From: an uncultured Eubacterium sp.
GTDB taxonomy: Bacteria; Bacillota; Clostridia; Lachnospirales; Lachnospiraceae
DNA: 33,942 nt
Reading direction: 5' to 3'
NCBI GenBank assembly: GCA_964419645.1
Contig: CAYQRG010000001.1
Span: 1-33,942, forward strand
The notes beneath the pieces are model-generated. The model did not search any database. It was given only the letters and a program-made list of their open reading frames with translations, and had not been told where the DNA came from. How positions within the stretch are numbered: the stretch's first letter is position 1; every line of letters begins with the position of its first letter. Shown here one piece after another: positions 1 through 8,522 of this stretch. The position numbers and the translations under genes are program-made.

Positions 1-1
1 C

Positions 2-205
2 ATCAGTCTTACCACGGAACAGAATGAAAGGTTAGAAAGCGGTGTTGCAAAAGCAAGTGAAAAGGGAATCAGAGATTCTCTGGTTATGATCGATTCCCTG
101 GCGTTTATTGTAAATGTTCCGAATCGAACCGTAGTAACAGCAATGGACCAGACAGAACAACAGGATAATATATTTACAAATATTGACGGAGCGGTCATTA
201 TGTAG
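2..205 (+). CDS. Flagellar operon protein, TIGR02530/Flagellar_put family (5'-truncated by the window edge)
   Basis: Not in the ORF track; translated by hand as ISLTTEQNERLESGVAKASEKGIRDSLVMIDSLAFIVNVPNRTVVTAMDQTEQQDNIFTNIDGAVIM*. The NRTVVTAM...NIFTNIDGAVI C-terminus and the position just before flgE are typical of this family. Confidence 0.88.
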   Translation: MSLTTEQNERLESGVAKASEKGIRDSLVMIDSLAFIVNVPNRTVVTAMDQTEQQDNIFTNIDGAVIM

Positions 206-248
206 CCGGACCTTAGGGAGGCCAAAGCCCCAGACTGACAGAAGGGGC
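205..248 (+). promoter_or_regulatory. Putative two-hairpin cis-regulatory RNA upstream of flgE
   Basis: GCC-GGA-CC-UUAG-GG-A-GGC (205-222) and GCCCC-AGACUGACAGAA-GGGGC (227-248); no U-tract; lies just before the RBS AGGAGG (268-273). Confidence 0.4.
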
Positions 249-283
249 AGACAGACCGCAGAATTTTAGGAGGTCATTTAATT

Positions 284-2032
284 ATGATGAGATCATTGTT
301 TTCTGCTGTGTCAGGACTTAAGACACATCAGACAAAAATGGATGTAATCGGTAACAACGTAGCAAACGTAAATACCGTGGCGTTCAAATCTTCAGCAACA
401 ACCTTTAGTGAAATTATGTACCAGACAGTATCCAATGCCTCCGGTGCCAATGCGAACACCGGAAAGGGCGGTGTCAATGCAAGACAGATCGGTCTTGGTG
501 TTACCAGTGGATCTACCAAGATCAGCATTGCATCTTCCGGTGCGGCAGAAACCACAGGATTTGGTTTTGATATTCGTTTGACAGATAAAGTAACGACAAA
601 CTTTTTCATTGTAAATACAGGCAGCCAGAATCTTTTTACCAGAGCAGGATCTTTTTATATAGACGGCGCAGGTAACTTGGCTATGACATCTACCGGATAT
701 ACGGTTATGGGCTGGCAGGTAGATCCTACCACTGGCGATATCAAGAAAGATACCGTATCGGCTCTGCGTATCATGCAGGAGAAGAATCTGACCTCTCCGC
801 CTGAGGCAACGACAATGGGAACAGTAGCCGGCGTCATGGATAAAAATGACACAGGTGTGACCAGTGATGACGGCCATATGATGAACCTGAATTTCTTTGA
901 TAAGTTAGGATACCGTTATACAGCAAGGCTGGCTGTAAAAGTCGTAGATCCGGATGCAGAACGATATACGGTTGAACTGGTAGATATTTTAGATTCCAAC
1001 AATGCTTCTGTATTAGATAAATACTTAAATGGCGGTAATGGCGCTGCACTTTCCAAGGTATTTGGAGAAAACGGAACAGAGACCAAGAATTTCAAAGCTT
1101 CTGACAGCCACATCTCATTCTATCCGACTGGAACACCGAATGGTGATCTGGCAGGTTATTACTATGCATACGATACATTCACCATGGATGATCCGCCAGA
1201 GCCTATGGTGGAATATGCGGCAGTAACTTTGGATCCGGATAATAACTCTTATTCAGTAGCAGCATATACCTATTTTGCTTCGCAGCAGGATGCGATAGAC
1301 AGGAATTCTACACCAGGTGATCCGGATATCAAACCTCTGACAGAATTATTTGGCATGACGCAGGAGCAGATGAACGCTTACGGCAGCACAACCAATCCAA
1401 GATTGGTATACGATGCTGACACAGGTGAATTTACATATACGAAACCTACTGTCAATTACGCATTAAAATTTAGTGAAGAGAATGGCGAATTTTCTTATGT
1501 AGGCGGAGCTGGATCAAACAGTGTTACATTGAAAATGTCTCAACTGGGTGTCAATTTTGAAGATATTGAAATCGATTTTTCTACCTGTAAATCGTCCGAG
1601 AACGGCGGAAAGACCACAATGGGAGCAGAGGCCGGAATCAAAAACGGAAGTGAAGGAGCAGGAAGGGCTCTTGGAAAGATGATCGGAATCAGTGTCCAAG
1701 TCGATGGAAGAATCTATGGTTCTTATGACAATGGTAATACCGAACTCTTAGGACAGATTGCAGTAGCTCAGTTTGCCAATGCTTCTGGTTTGGAAAAAGT
1801 CGGTGAAAACTGTTACACCACCACTTTAAACTCCGGTGAATTTGACGGAATCGGTGTTGAAATTGCAGCAGACGGCAGCAGCATGATTGCAGGAGAACTC
1901 GAAATGTCCAACGTAGATCTTTCTACAGAATTTACGCAGATGATCATTACACAGAGAGGATTCCAGTCTAACTCCAGAATTATTACAGTATCTGATACCC
2001 TTCTGGAAGAATTGATCAATCTGAAACGATAA
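284..2032 (+). CDS. flgE: Flagellar hook protein FlgE (with a large central insertion)
   Basis: N-term MMRSLFSAVSGL...MDVIGNNVANVNT.AFK, FTRAGSF..D, C-term LEMSNVDLSTEFTQMIITQRGFQSNSRIITVSD; RBS AGGAGG. Confidence 0.95.
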   Translation: MMRSLFSAVSGLKTHQTKMDVIGNNVANVNTVAFKSSATTFSEIMYQTVSNASGANANTGKGGVNARQIGLGVTSGSTKISIASSGAAETTGFGFDIRLTDKVTTNFFIVNTGSQNLFTRAGSFYIDGAGNLAMTSTGYTVMGWQVDPTTGDIKKDTVSALRIMQEKNLTSPPEATTMGTVAGVMDKNDTGVTSDDGHMMNLNFFDKLGYRYTARLAVKVVDPDAERYTVELVDILDSNNASVLDKYLNGGNGAALSKVFGENGTETKNFKASDSHISFYPTGTPNGDLAGYYYAYDTFTMDDPPEPMVEYAAVTLDPDNNSYSVAAYTYFASQQDAIDRNSTPGDPDIKPLTELFGMTQEQMNAYGSTTNPRLVYDADTGEFTYTKPTVNYALKFSEENGEFSYVGGAGSNSVTLKMSQLGVNFEDIEIDFSTCKSSENGGKTTMGAEAGIKNGSEGAGRALGKMIGISVQVDGRIYGSYDNGNTELLGQIAVAQFANASGLEKVGENCYTTTLNSGEFDGIGVEIAADGSSMIAGELEMSNVDLSTEFTQMIITQRGFQSNSRIITVSDTLLEELINLKR

Positions 2033-2082
2033 GAAATTGTATATATAGGATAAATATTCCATTTTTATACATGATACGGTAC

Positions 2083-2131
2083 AATATGTGTATAGTCTGG
2101 TTTACAGTACCGGACTATACACATATTTTTT
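2083..2131 (+). terminator. Rho-independent terminator after flgE
   Basis: 19-bp stem AATATGTGTATAGTCTGGT / ACCGGACTATACACATATT (one G-U pair), 7-nt loop, T-run to 2131. Confidence 0.8.
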
Positions 2132-2170
2132 CCTGTTCAAAAAAAAAAGCAATATGTTTCAAGAGAGTTG

Positions 2171-2199
2171 TTGCAAAATTTTGAAAAGTAGTGCATAAT
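2171..2199 (+). promoter_or_regulatory. Putative sigmaA promoter for motA
   Basis: TTGCAA-N17-CATAAT, with an A10 tract upstream (2139-2148). Confidence 0.5.
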
Positions 2200-2246
2200 G
2201 GAAATGTGGCCTGCGCGCCACTTGCAAATGAATAAAAAATAGGTGG

Positions 2247-3038
2247 GTGAAGGAATTGGATATAGCGTCTTTATTGGGCCTGGTGCTTGGAATGGTCATG
2301 TGTGTATATGGTATCATATCTAACGGAGCGAGTATTCCGGGATACATAGACCGGGCATCGGTTATCATTACGATCGGCGGATCTGTAGCAGGTGTTTTAG
2401 GATCTAATAAGTTAAAGGATTTTATCGGAGGCTTTAAGAGCATTACGATAGCATTTAAGGAAGAAGCCATGGATGCAGGAGCCGTGATCAGCAACATCAT
2501 TAACCTTGCGAATGTCGCCAGGAAAGAGGGACTTCTTGCACTTGAAGAAGCATCCGGTGAAATAGAAGATCCTTTTTTGAAAAAAGGGATTATGCTGGTT
2601 GTAGACGGTACAGACGCAGAACTGGTTCGAGGTATCTTAGAGACAGAGCTGACATGTCTGGAAGAGCGTCATAAGAAAGTGATTGGATTCTGGGAGAAAT
2701 GGGCAGAGTTAGGTCCTGCATGGGGAATGATCGGAACACTGATCGGTCTTGTAAACATGTTAAATAACATGGAAGATGCTGCGGCAATCGGACCTGCTAT
2801 GGCGGTAGCCTTGCTGACAACCTTATACGGTTCACTGATTGCAAACTGGCTCTGTACGCCTATTGCATCCAAGATGAAAATAAATAATGATTTGGAAGTT
2901 ATCGTAAAAGAAGTTATGGTCGAAGGTCTTTTATCGATTCAGGCTGGAGAGAACCCCAGAGTAATCGAGGAGAAACTGAAGTCATTCCTGTCTCCGGCAG
3001 TCAGAGATGAAATTGGCGATGCTGGAGGTGAGGAATAG
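2247..3038 (+). CDS. motA: Flagellar stator A subunit (MotA; PomA/MotP-type residues)
   Basis: ARKEGLLALE, GPAWGMIGTLIGLV, ALLTTLYG, IQAGENPRVIEEKL; true start may be TTG at 2256. Confidence 0.95.
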   Translation: MKELDIASLLGLVLGMVMCVYGIISNGASIPGYIDRASVIITIGGSVAGVLGSNKLKDFIGGFKSITIAFKEEAMDAGAVISNIINLANVARKEGLLALEEASGEIEDPFLKKGIMLVVDGTDAELVRGILETELTCLEERHKKVIGFWEKWAELGPAWGMIGTLIGLVNMLNNMEDAAAIGPAMAVALLTTLYGSLIANWLCTPIASKMKINNDLEVIVKEVMVEGLLSIQAGENPRVIEEKLKSFLSPAVRDEIGDAGGEE

Positions 3039-3850
3039 TGGCGAGAAAGAAGCAGGAAGAGGCACCAAAGGGCTCACCGGCATGGATGGCCACATTTAGT
3101 GACTTGATGAATCTGCTGTTATGCTTCTTTGTATTGCTCTTTTCCATGTCAACGGTAGATGCTGCAAAGTTTGAAGCAGTAGTGGCGTCTTTACAGAGTA
3201 GTTTTAGTGTACTGCCTGCCGGCGGTTCCTCTATTGGAGAAGGAGAATTGATTTCTTCTGGAATCAGCCAGCTAAAAGATTTCAGTATGTTTTTTGAGCA
3301 GTTTAATTCCGAGGGGGAAGAAAACGACAGCGAAACGGAAAGCGAGCAGGATCTGAAAGAGGCATATCAGGAAGAGGCATTAAGCGAATCAGAGGAAATG
3401 GCAGAAAAGATCAATGAGCAAGCTCAGGAATATGGTATTCAGGATTTGGTGGAAGTGGATTTTAATGCGGAGTATGTTTCACTGACTTTGAATGGGGCAT
3501 TGCTTTTCGATTCTGGAAAATCAGAAATTAAAGAAGAAGCCAGGGCTTTGATCGACAAGATTGGAGCGATCCTTACGGTTTATGAAGGCAATATTATTGA
3601 AATTGAAGGACATACGGACAATGTCCCGATATCAAATGGCAAATATGAGAATAATGACGTGCTTTCCATGTATCGTGCCTTGAGTGTGGCAGATTATATT
3701 CGGAGTATTACAAATCTGGACCCAGGAATGATCAAGTCCTCCGGAAGAGGGGAATATGTTCCTATTGCAGATAATGGAACTCCGGAGGGAAGAGCGAGGA
3801 ACCGAAGGGTAGAAGTTAAGATTTATAATTCTTACAGTTCAGATTATTAA
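3038..3850 (+). CDS. motB: Flagellar stator B subunit (MotB; PomB/MotS-type TM helix)
   Basis: WMATFSDLMNLLLCFFVLLF helix with the ion-binding Asp; OmpA-like domain IEGHTDN...GRARNRRVEV. Confidence 0.95.
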   Translation: MARKKQEEAPKGSPAWMATFSDLMNLLLCFFVLLFSMSTVDAAKFEAVVASLQSSFSVLPAGGSSIGEGELISSGISQLKDFSMFFEQFNSEGEENDSETESEQDLKEAYQEEALSESEEMAEKINEQAQEYGIQDLVEVDFNAEYVSLTLNGALLFDSGKSEIKEEARALIDKIGAILTVYEGNIIEIEGHTDNVPISNGKYENNDVLSMYRALSVADYIRSITNLDPGMIKSSGRGEYVPIADNGTPEGRARNRRVEVKIYNSYSSDY

Positions 3851-3870
3851 AAGCGGAAAGGAACAGGAAA

Positions 3871-4392
3871 ATGAAGAAAAATCTTATTACAGTTGTTATT
3901 TTGGCATTGGTTCTGGTGAACCTGATTTTGACGGCTATTTTGACAATTTCAATTCTGCCGGAGACAAAGAAAGCAAACGAGTTGATCACACAGGTATGCA
4001 GCGCCATTGACCTAGAGTTGAAGAGCGGTTCTGTGACGTCCAACATCACGAATGTTCCGATTGACCAGGTTGTTACTCATGATGTAGCTGGCGGAGAGTC
4101 AATGACCGTCAATTTAAAAGACAGTGCAGACGGCAAAAAACATTATGCAACCGTTGCAGTATCTATTTCTATGGATATGGAGAATGAAGGCTATAAAACA
4201 TACGGAGAGACACTTTCAGATAGAGAAAGCCTGATCAAAAGTGAGATCAACAGAGTTATTTCTGAATATACGTTTGAAGAATTTAATGCAGATCAGCAAG
4301 GAGTGCAGGATGCGATTCTTGTAGCTTTGCAGCAGCTGTTTGGTTCGGATTTTATTTTCAGCGTAGGATTTTCTACAGTAACCTCTCAGTAA
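3871..4392 (+). CDS. fliL: Flagellar basal body-associated protein FliL
   Basis: N-terminal TM helix, MTVNLKD motif, position between motB and fliM. Confidence 0.88.
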   Translation: MKKNLITVVILALVLVNLILTAILTISILPETKKANELITQVCSAIDLELKSGSVTSNITNVPIDQVVTHDVAGGESMTVNLKDSADGKKHYATVAVSISMDMENEGYKTYGETLSDRESLIKSEINRVISEYTFEEFNADQQGVQDAILVALQQLFGSDFIFSVGFSTVTSQ

Positions 4393-4419
4393 AACGCATA
4401 AGGCAGGTGGTGAAGTTTC

Positions 4420-5400
4420 ATGGGTGATGTATTATCCCAAAGTGAAATCGATAGTTTGCTGAATGCGTTAAGCAGTGGTGAACTCGATGTAGATGAAATG
4501 AAAGATGCTCCTGAGAAACCGGTGAAGAATTACGATTTTGCAAGACCTTCTAAATTCTCCAAAGAGCATTTAAGAACATTAGAAATTATTTTTGAGCATT
4601 ATGGAAGGTTGTTATCAACAAATCTTCCGGTGTATTTAAGAAAAAGCGTTCAGGTGGAAGTGATGAGTTCCGAAGCCGTTACTTATTCTGAATTTTCCAA
4701 TGCACTTTCCAATCCTGTTTTACTTGGAATTGTGGATATGATGCCCTTGAGTGGCAACATCATTGTAGAAATGGCTTCTAATCTTGGTTATGCGTCGGTA
4801 GACCGTATGCTTGGGGGATTGGGGCAGCCCTTGGATCGGAATCGTGATTTTTCGGAAATAGAACTTTTGATCATAGAACGGATTTTGTCGGTTTGTGTCG
4901 AACTTTTGGCGGAACCGTGGCAGAATGTAGTGGATATGAGTCCCAGGCTGGAGCGGATAGAGACAAATTCACAGTTCGCACAATTTATTTCTCCCAGTGA
5001 AATGATCGCCCTTGTGACGCTGGATATTCATATTGGAGAAGTGGAAGGTTTGATGAATATTTGTCTGCCGTTTATGACATTAGAACCTGTTATGGATAAG
5101 CTGAATACAAAATTCTGGTATTCTACAATTAAGAAAAACAACGAAGAGGAATATACAGAAGCAATTCAGAGCTTGATTTCAAGGGCACCGGTGCCGATTA
5201 AGGCATATCTGGGAAAAAGCACAGTTTCTATACAGGATTTTACTAATCTGCAGGCAGGAGATATTATCCGTCTGGATTCAAAAGTAGATAAAGAACTAGA
5301 TATATATGTAGGTAGTATGCGTAAATTTACTGCATTGCCGGGTGCATCCGGTAATCAATATGCAGTAAGGATCACATCAGTAATCGGAGAGGAGCAATGA
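4420..5400 (+). CDS. fliM: Flagellar motor switch protein FliM
   Basis: VLSQSEIDSLL CheY-binding peptide, YDFARPSKFSKEHLRTL, C-terminal SpoA domain. Confidence 0.96.
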   Translation: MGDVLSQSEIDSLLNALSSGELDVDEMKDAPEKPVKNYDFARPSKFSKEHLRTLEIIFEHYGRLLSTNLPVYLRKSVQVEVMSSEAVTYSEFSNALSNPVLLGIVDMMPLSGNIIVEMASNLGYASVDRMLGGLGQPLDRNRDFSEIELLIIERILSVCVELLAEPWQNVVDMSPRLERIETNSQFAQFISPSEMIALVTLDIHIGEVEGLMNICLPFMTLEPVMDKLNTKFWYSTIKKNNEEEYTEAIQSLISRAPVPIKAYLGKSTVSIQDFTNLQAGDIIRLDSKVDKELDIYVGSMRKFTALPGASGNQYAVRITSVIGEEQ

Positions 5401-5404
5401 GACA

Positions 5405-6538
5405 ATGGACGGAATGTTATCACAGGAAGAAATAAATGCTTTATTAAATGAACCGGGAGTTTCTGATGTCGGAGAACAGGCGCTTACTGATGCTGAAAAA
5501 GACGCTATTGGAGAAGTTGCCAATATCAGTATGGGGACAGCAGCCACGACTTTATCTTCGCTGGTAAACAGAAAGGTGGATATATCGACTCCGGTTGTAT
5601 CTATTGCCACATGGGAAGATATTGTAGAAGCTTATGAAAGGCCATGTGTATTTATCAGAATTGGTTATACAGTCGGTTTAGATGGTACGAATGTACTGGT
5701 ATTAAAAGAGCATGACGTGAAAGTAATTACAGCTTTGATGATGGGCGGAGACGGGACTAATCTAGATGAAGAGATTGGGGAAATGCACTTAAGTGCAATT
5801 TGTGAAGCGATGAACCAGATGATGGGTTCAGCAGCGACTTCCCTGTCTTCTATGTTGAATAAAATGATTGATATCAGTCCGCCTACGGCAGATATTGTGG
5901 ATTTGACGGAGGCATTGGACGGAGGCGCTATAGATAGTTTCCTTGCAGGCGAGTTTGTAAGGATCTGCTTTAGAATGGAAATTGGAGATTTGGTAGACAG
6001 CCAGATCATGCAGTTGTATCCGATCTCTTTTGCAAAAGAGATGTATTCCAGTATATCAAAGAATATGGAGCAGGAAGCAGCATCCATTGCCCAGCAGACT
6101 GATACAGCGAGCGCACCGGCTCCGGCACCGGCAAGTACACCACAGAGTGCACCGGCAATGGGACAGCCGATGATGGGGCAGCCAATGATGTCACAGCCGA
6201 TGATGGGGCAACCAATGATGGGACAGCCGATGATGTCGCAGCCGGTCAATGTACAGCCTGCGCAGTTCCAGGCATTTTCGCCGGGGGTCAGTCCTGCACT
6301 GCAGTCAGAGAATATTGACCTGATCATGGATGTGCCTTTGGAAGTAACAGTGGAATTGGGAAGGACCAGCAAATCTATTCAGGAAATACTGGATTTTGTT
6401 CCGGGTACTATTATTGAACTAAATAAAATTGCAGGTGAACCGATTGATGTATTGGTCAATGGAAAATATGTTGCAAAAGGTGAAGTTGTAGTAATTGAAG
6501 AAAATTTTGGTGTTAGAATCACAGAGATTATTAAATAA
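5405..6538 (+). CDS. fliY: Flagellar switch phosphatase FliY
   Basis: LSQEEINALL, two CheC-type ExxN motifs (DAIGEVANISMG, SAICEAMNQMMG), FliN domain IDLIMDVPLEVTVELG...FGVRITEI. Confidence 0.95.
   Translation: MDGMLSQEEINALLNEPGVSDVGEQALTDAEKDAIGEVANISMGTAATTLSSLVNRKVDISTPVVSIATWEDIVEAYERPCVFIRIGYTVGLDGTNVLVLKEHDVKVITALMMGGDGTNLDEEIGEMHLSAICEAMNQMMGSAATSLSSMLNKMIDISPPTADIVDLTEALDGGAIDSFLAGEFVRICFRMEIGDLVDSQIMQLYPISFAKEMYSSISKNMEQEAASIAQQTDTASAPAPAPASTPQSAPAMGQPMMGQPMMSQPMMGQPMMGQPMMSQPVNVQPAQFQAFSPGVSPALQSENIDLIMDVPLEVTVELGRTSKSIQEILDFVPGTIIELNKIAGEPIDVLVNGKYVAKGEVVVIEENFGVRITEIIK
6158..6247 (+). repeat. In-frame 15-bp tandem repeat x6 in the FliY linker (M[G/S]QPM)
   Basis: atgggacagccgatg / atggggcagccaatg / atgtcacagccgatg / atggggcaaccaatg / atgggacagccgatg / atgtcgcagccggtc. 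Confidence 0.9.
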
Positions 6539-6558
6539 AAGGAATAGGAGATTGAAAA

Positions 6559-6921
6559 ATGGCAAAAAACATTTTAATTTGTGATGATGCTGCATTTATG
6601 CGAATGATGATCAAAGATATTTTAACAAAAAACGGTTATAATATCGCAGGCGAAGCTGAAAACGGTTTGAGAGCAGTAGAGAAGTACAATGAAACCAAAC
6701 CGGATTTGGTACTTATGGACATTACGATGCCGGAAATGGATGGAATCCAGGCTTTGAAGAAGATTAAGGAAATGGATCCTTCTGCAAATATTATTATGTG
6801 TTCTGCAATGGGACAGCAGGCGATGGTTATTGAAGCGATCCAGTCAGGTGCAAAGGATTTTATTGTAAAACCGTTCCAGGCAGAACGTGTATTGGAAGCT
6901 GTTAAAAAGGTAGTAGGCTAA
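6559..6921 (+). CDS. cheY: Chemotaxis response regulator CheY
   Basis: ILICDDAAFMRMM, phospho-Asp in MDITMPEMDG, DFIVKPF; Bacillus-type CheY. Confidence 0.96.
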   Translation: MAKNILICDDAAFMRMMIKDILTKNGYNIAGEAENGLRAVEKYNETKPDLVLMDITMPEMDGIQALKKIKEMDPSANIIMCSAMGQQAMVIEAIQSGAKDFIVKPFQAERVLEAVKKVVG

Positions 6922-6922
6922 T

Positions 6923-7303
6923 ATGTATATATTGGCAGTGCAGACTTCTTCCTTGTCTAATTTTCTGCAGCTGATCAGTGTACTTGTGATTTTCCTTTTT
7001 GTGCTGGCGGCAACATATGTAACGACTCGATGGATTGCCAGTTACCAGAAAGGACATAATTTTAACAAAAATTTAAAGATCATTGAAACAATAAAAATTA
7101 CAGCAAACAAATATATACAGATTGTACAGGCAGGAGATGAGTATCTGGTCATAGCAATCGGTAAAGATGAAGTTTGTCTACTTACAAAACTAACAGAAGA
7201 CCAATTGGAAGTATTGCCGGAGGAGACATTTGTTGCAGGAAATACTGTCGATAGTTTTAAAGAAATACTGGACAAATTTAAAAATCATATGCCGAAGAAG
7301 TAG
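6923..7303 (+). CDS. fliO: Flagellar biosynthesis protein FliO/FliZ
   Basis: One TM helix, then LKIIETIKI..NKYIQIVQAGDEYLVIAIG; lies between cheY and fliP. Confidence 0.85.
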   Translation: MYILAVQTSSLSNFLQLISVLVIFLFVLAATYVTTRWIASYQKGHNFNKNLKIIETIKITANKYIQIVQAGDEYLVIAIGKDEVCLLTKLTEDQLEVLPEETFVAGNTVDSFKEILDKFKNHMPKK

Positions 7304-7316
7304 GCTGGAATAGATT

Positions 7317-8210
7317 ATGAGTAGATTTAAAAAAATATATTGTAAATTGTCTGTGGTTTTTGCAATTTTTGTTGTAATATTGGCTGTGCTGTCTTTAAAA
7401 GGGCAGGCAGTTTATGCAACTGGCTTGACGAATCCGCCTTTGACGAATACAGATGGGATTGATGTGCCTTCTGGGGATGACATTCCGGATGTTCAGGATC
7501 CCGTTGACCGGAGGGGGCAGGCTGCAGGCGGAGTTACTTCTGACAGTACAAATGGATTTTCTTTTTCATACAATAATGAAGATGGGACAATATCAGGTTC
7601 AATTCGGATCTTGATGATACTTACGATCCTTTCTCTTGCACCGGCACTGTTAATATTGCTGACATCTTTTACAAGGATTATTATTGTATTACATTTCCTG
7701 AGGACGGCGATTGGAACCCAGACTTCTCCGCCGAATCAGATTTTGATCGGACTTGCATTGTTTTTGACACTTTTTATTATGCAGCCGGTATTTTCCGATA
7801 TCAATGAAAATGCGATTAAGCCTTTTGATGCAGGTGAGATTACGCAAGAGGAAGCGATTGAAATTGGAAGTCAGCCATTGAGGGCATTTATGAATGGTCA
7901 GGTGCAGACAAAAGATATTGATTTATTTATTGATATCTCAGGAGAAACATATGAAAGTTATGACGAAGTTCCCTTTTCCATTTTGATTCCAAGCTTTGTG
8001 ATCAGCGAACTTCGGACAGCATTTATCATAGGATTTATGCTATACATTCCCTTTATTGTTATTGATATGGTAGTAGCCTCTGTACTTATGTCTATGGGTA
8101 TGATGATGCTGCCGCCTACGACAATATCGCTTCCATTTAAGATATTGTTATTCATTTTGGCAGATGGCTGGAATTTGGTAATAGGAAGTCTTGTTAGGAC
8201 ATTTTACTAA
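7317..8210 (+). CDS. fliP: Flagellar export gate protein FliP
   Basis: LTSFTRIIIVL, PPNQILIGLALFLT, GMMMLPPTTISLPFK. Confidence 0.96.
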   Translation: MSRFKKIYCKLSVVFAIFVVILAVLSLKGQAVYATGLTNPPLTNTDGIDVPSGDDIPDVQDPVDRRGQAAGGVTSDSTNGFSFSYNNEDGTISGSIRILMILTILSLAPALLILLTSFTRIIIVLHFLRTAIGTQTSPPNQILIGLALFLTLFIMQPVFSDINENAIKPFDAGEITQEEAIEIGSQPLRAFMNGQVQTKDIDLFIDISGETYESYDEVPFSILIPSFVISELRTAFIIGFMLYIPFIVIDMVVASVLMSMGMMMLPPTTISLPFKILLFILADGWNLVIGSLVRTFY

Positions 8211-8241
8211 ATAGTGAACTGTATTTGGATCGGAGGAAGCT

Positions 8242-8514
8242 ATGATCACACAGGGAGATATTATTACAATTGCAAAAGAATCCATATATACGATTATTAT
8301 AACGGCAGCTCCGTTGCTGTTGATATCCTTGGTGATTGGTCTGATTATCAGTATTTTTCAGACAGTTACCTCCATTCAGGAGCAGACGCTTACCTTTGTA
8401 CCAAAAATCGTTGCAGTTTTTTTGGGAATTATGATCTTTGGTCCTTGGATGCTGGATGTTTTATCCGGCTTTATGACGCGCCTGTGGACAGACTTTAGTA
8501 TTTACTTAAGCTAG
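8242..8514 (+). CDS. fliQ: Flagellar export gate protein FliQ
   Basis: SIFQTVTSIQEQTLTFVPKI, GPWML; RBS GGAGG. Confidence 0.96.
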   Translation: MITQGDIITIAKESIYTIIITAAPLLLISLVIGLIISIFQTVTSIQEQTLTFVPKIVAVFLGIMIFGPWMLDVLSGFMTRLWTDFSIYLS

Positions 8515-8522
8515 GTTATATT

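Noticed and set aside
2139..2148. A10 homopolymer as a phase-variation switch
   Set aside because: Outside coding sequence and outside the -35/-10 spacer; no flanking invertible repeats seen
5665..6372. 235-aa minus-strand ORF with (IIGCP)n repeats
   Set aside because: Antisense shadow of the fliY repeat; no RBS or independent coding signal
8214..8498. 94-aa plus-strand ORF overlapping fliQ
   Set aside because: Alternative frame; fliQ has the RBS and the conserved motifs
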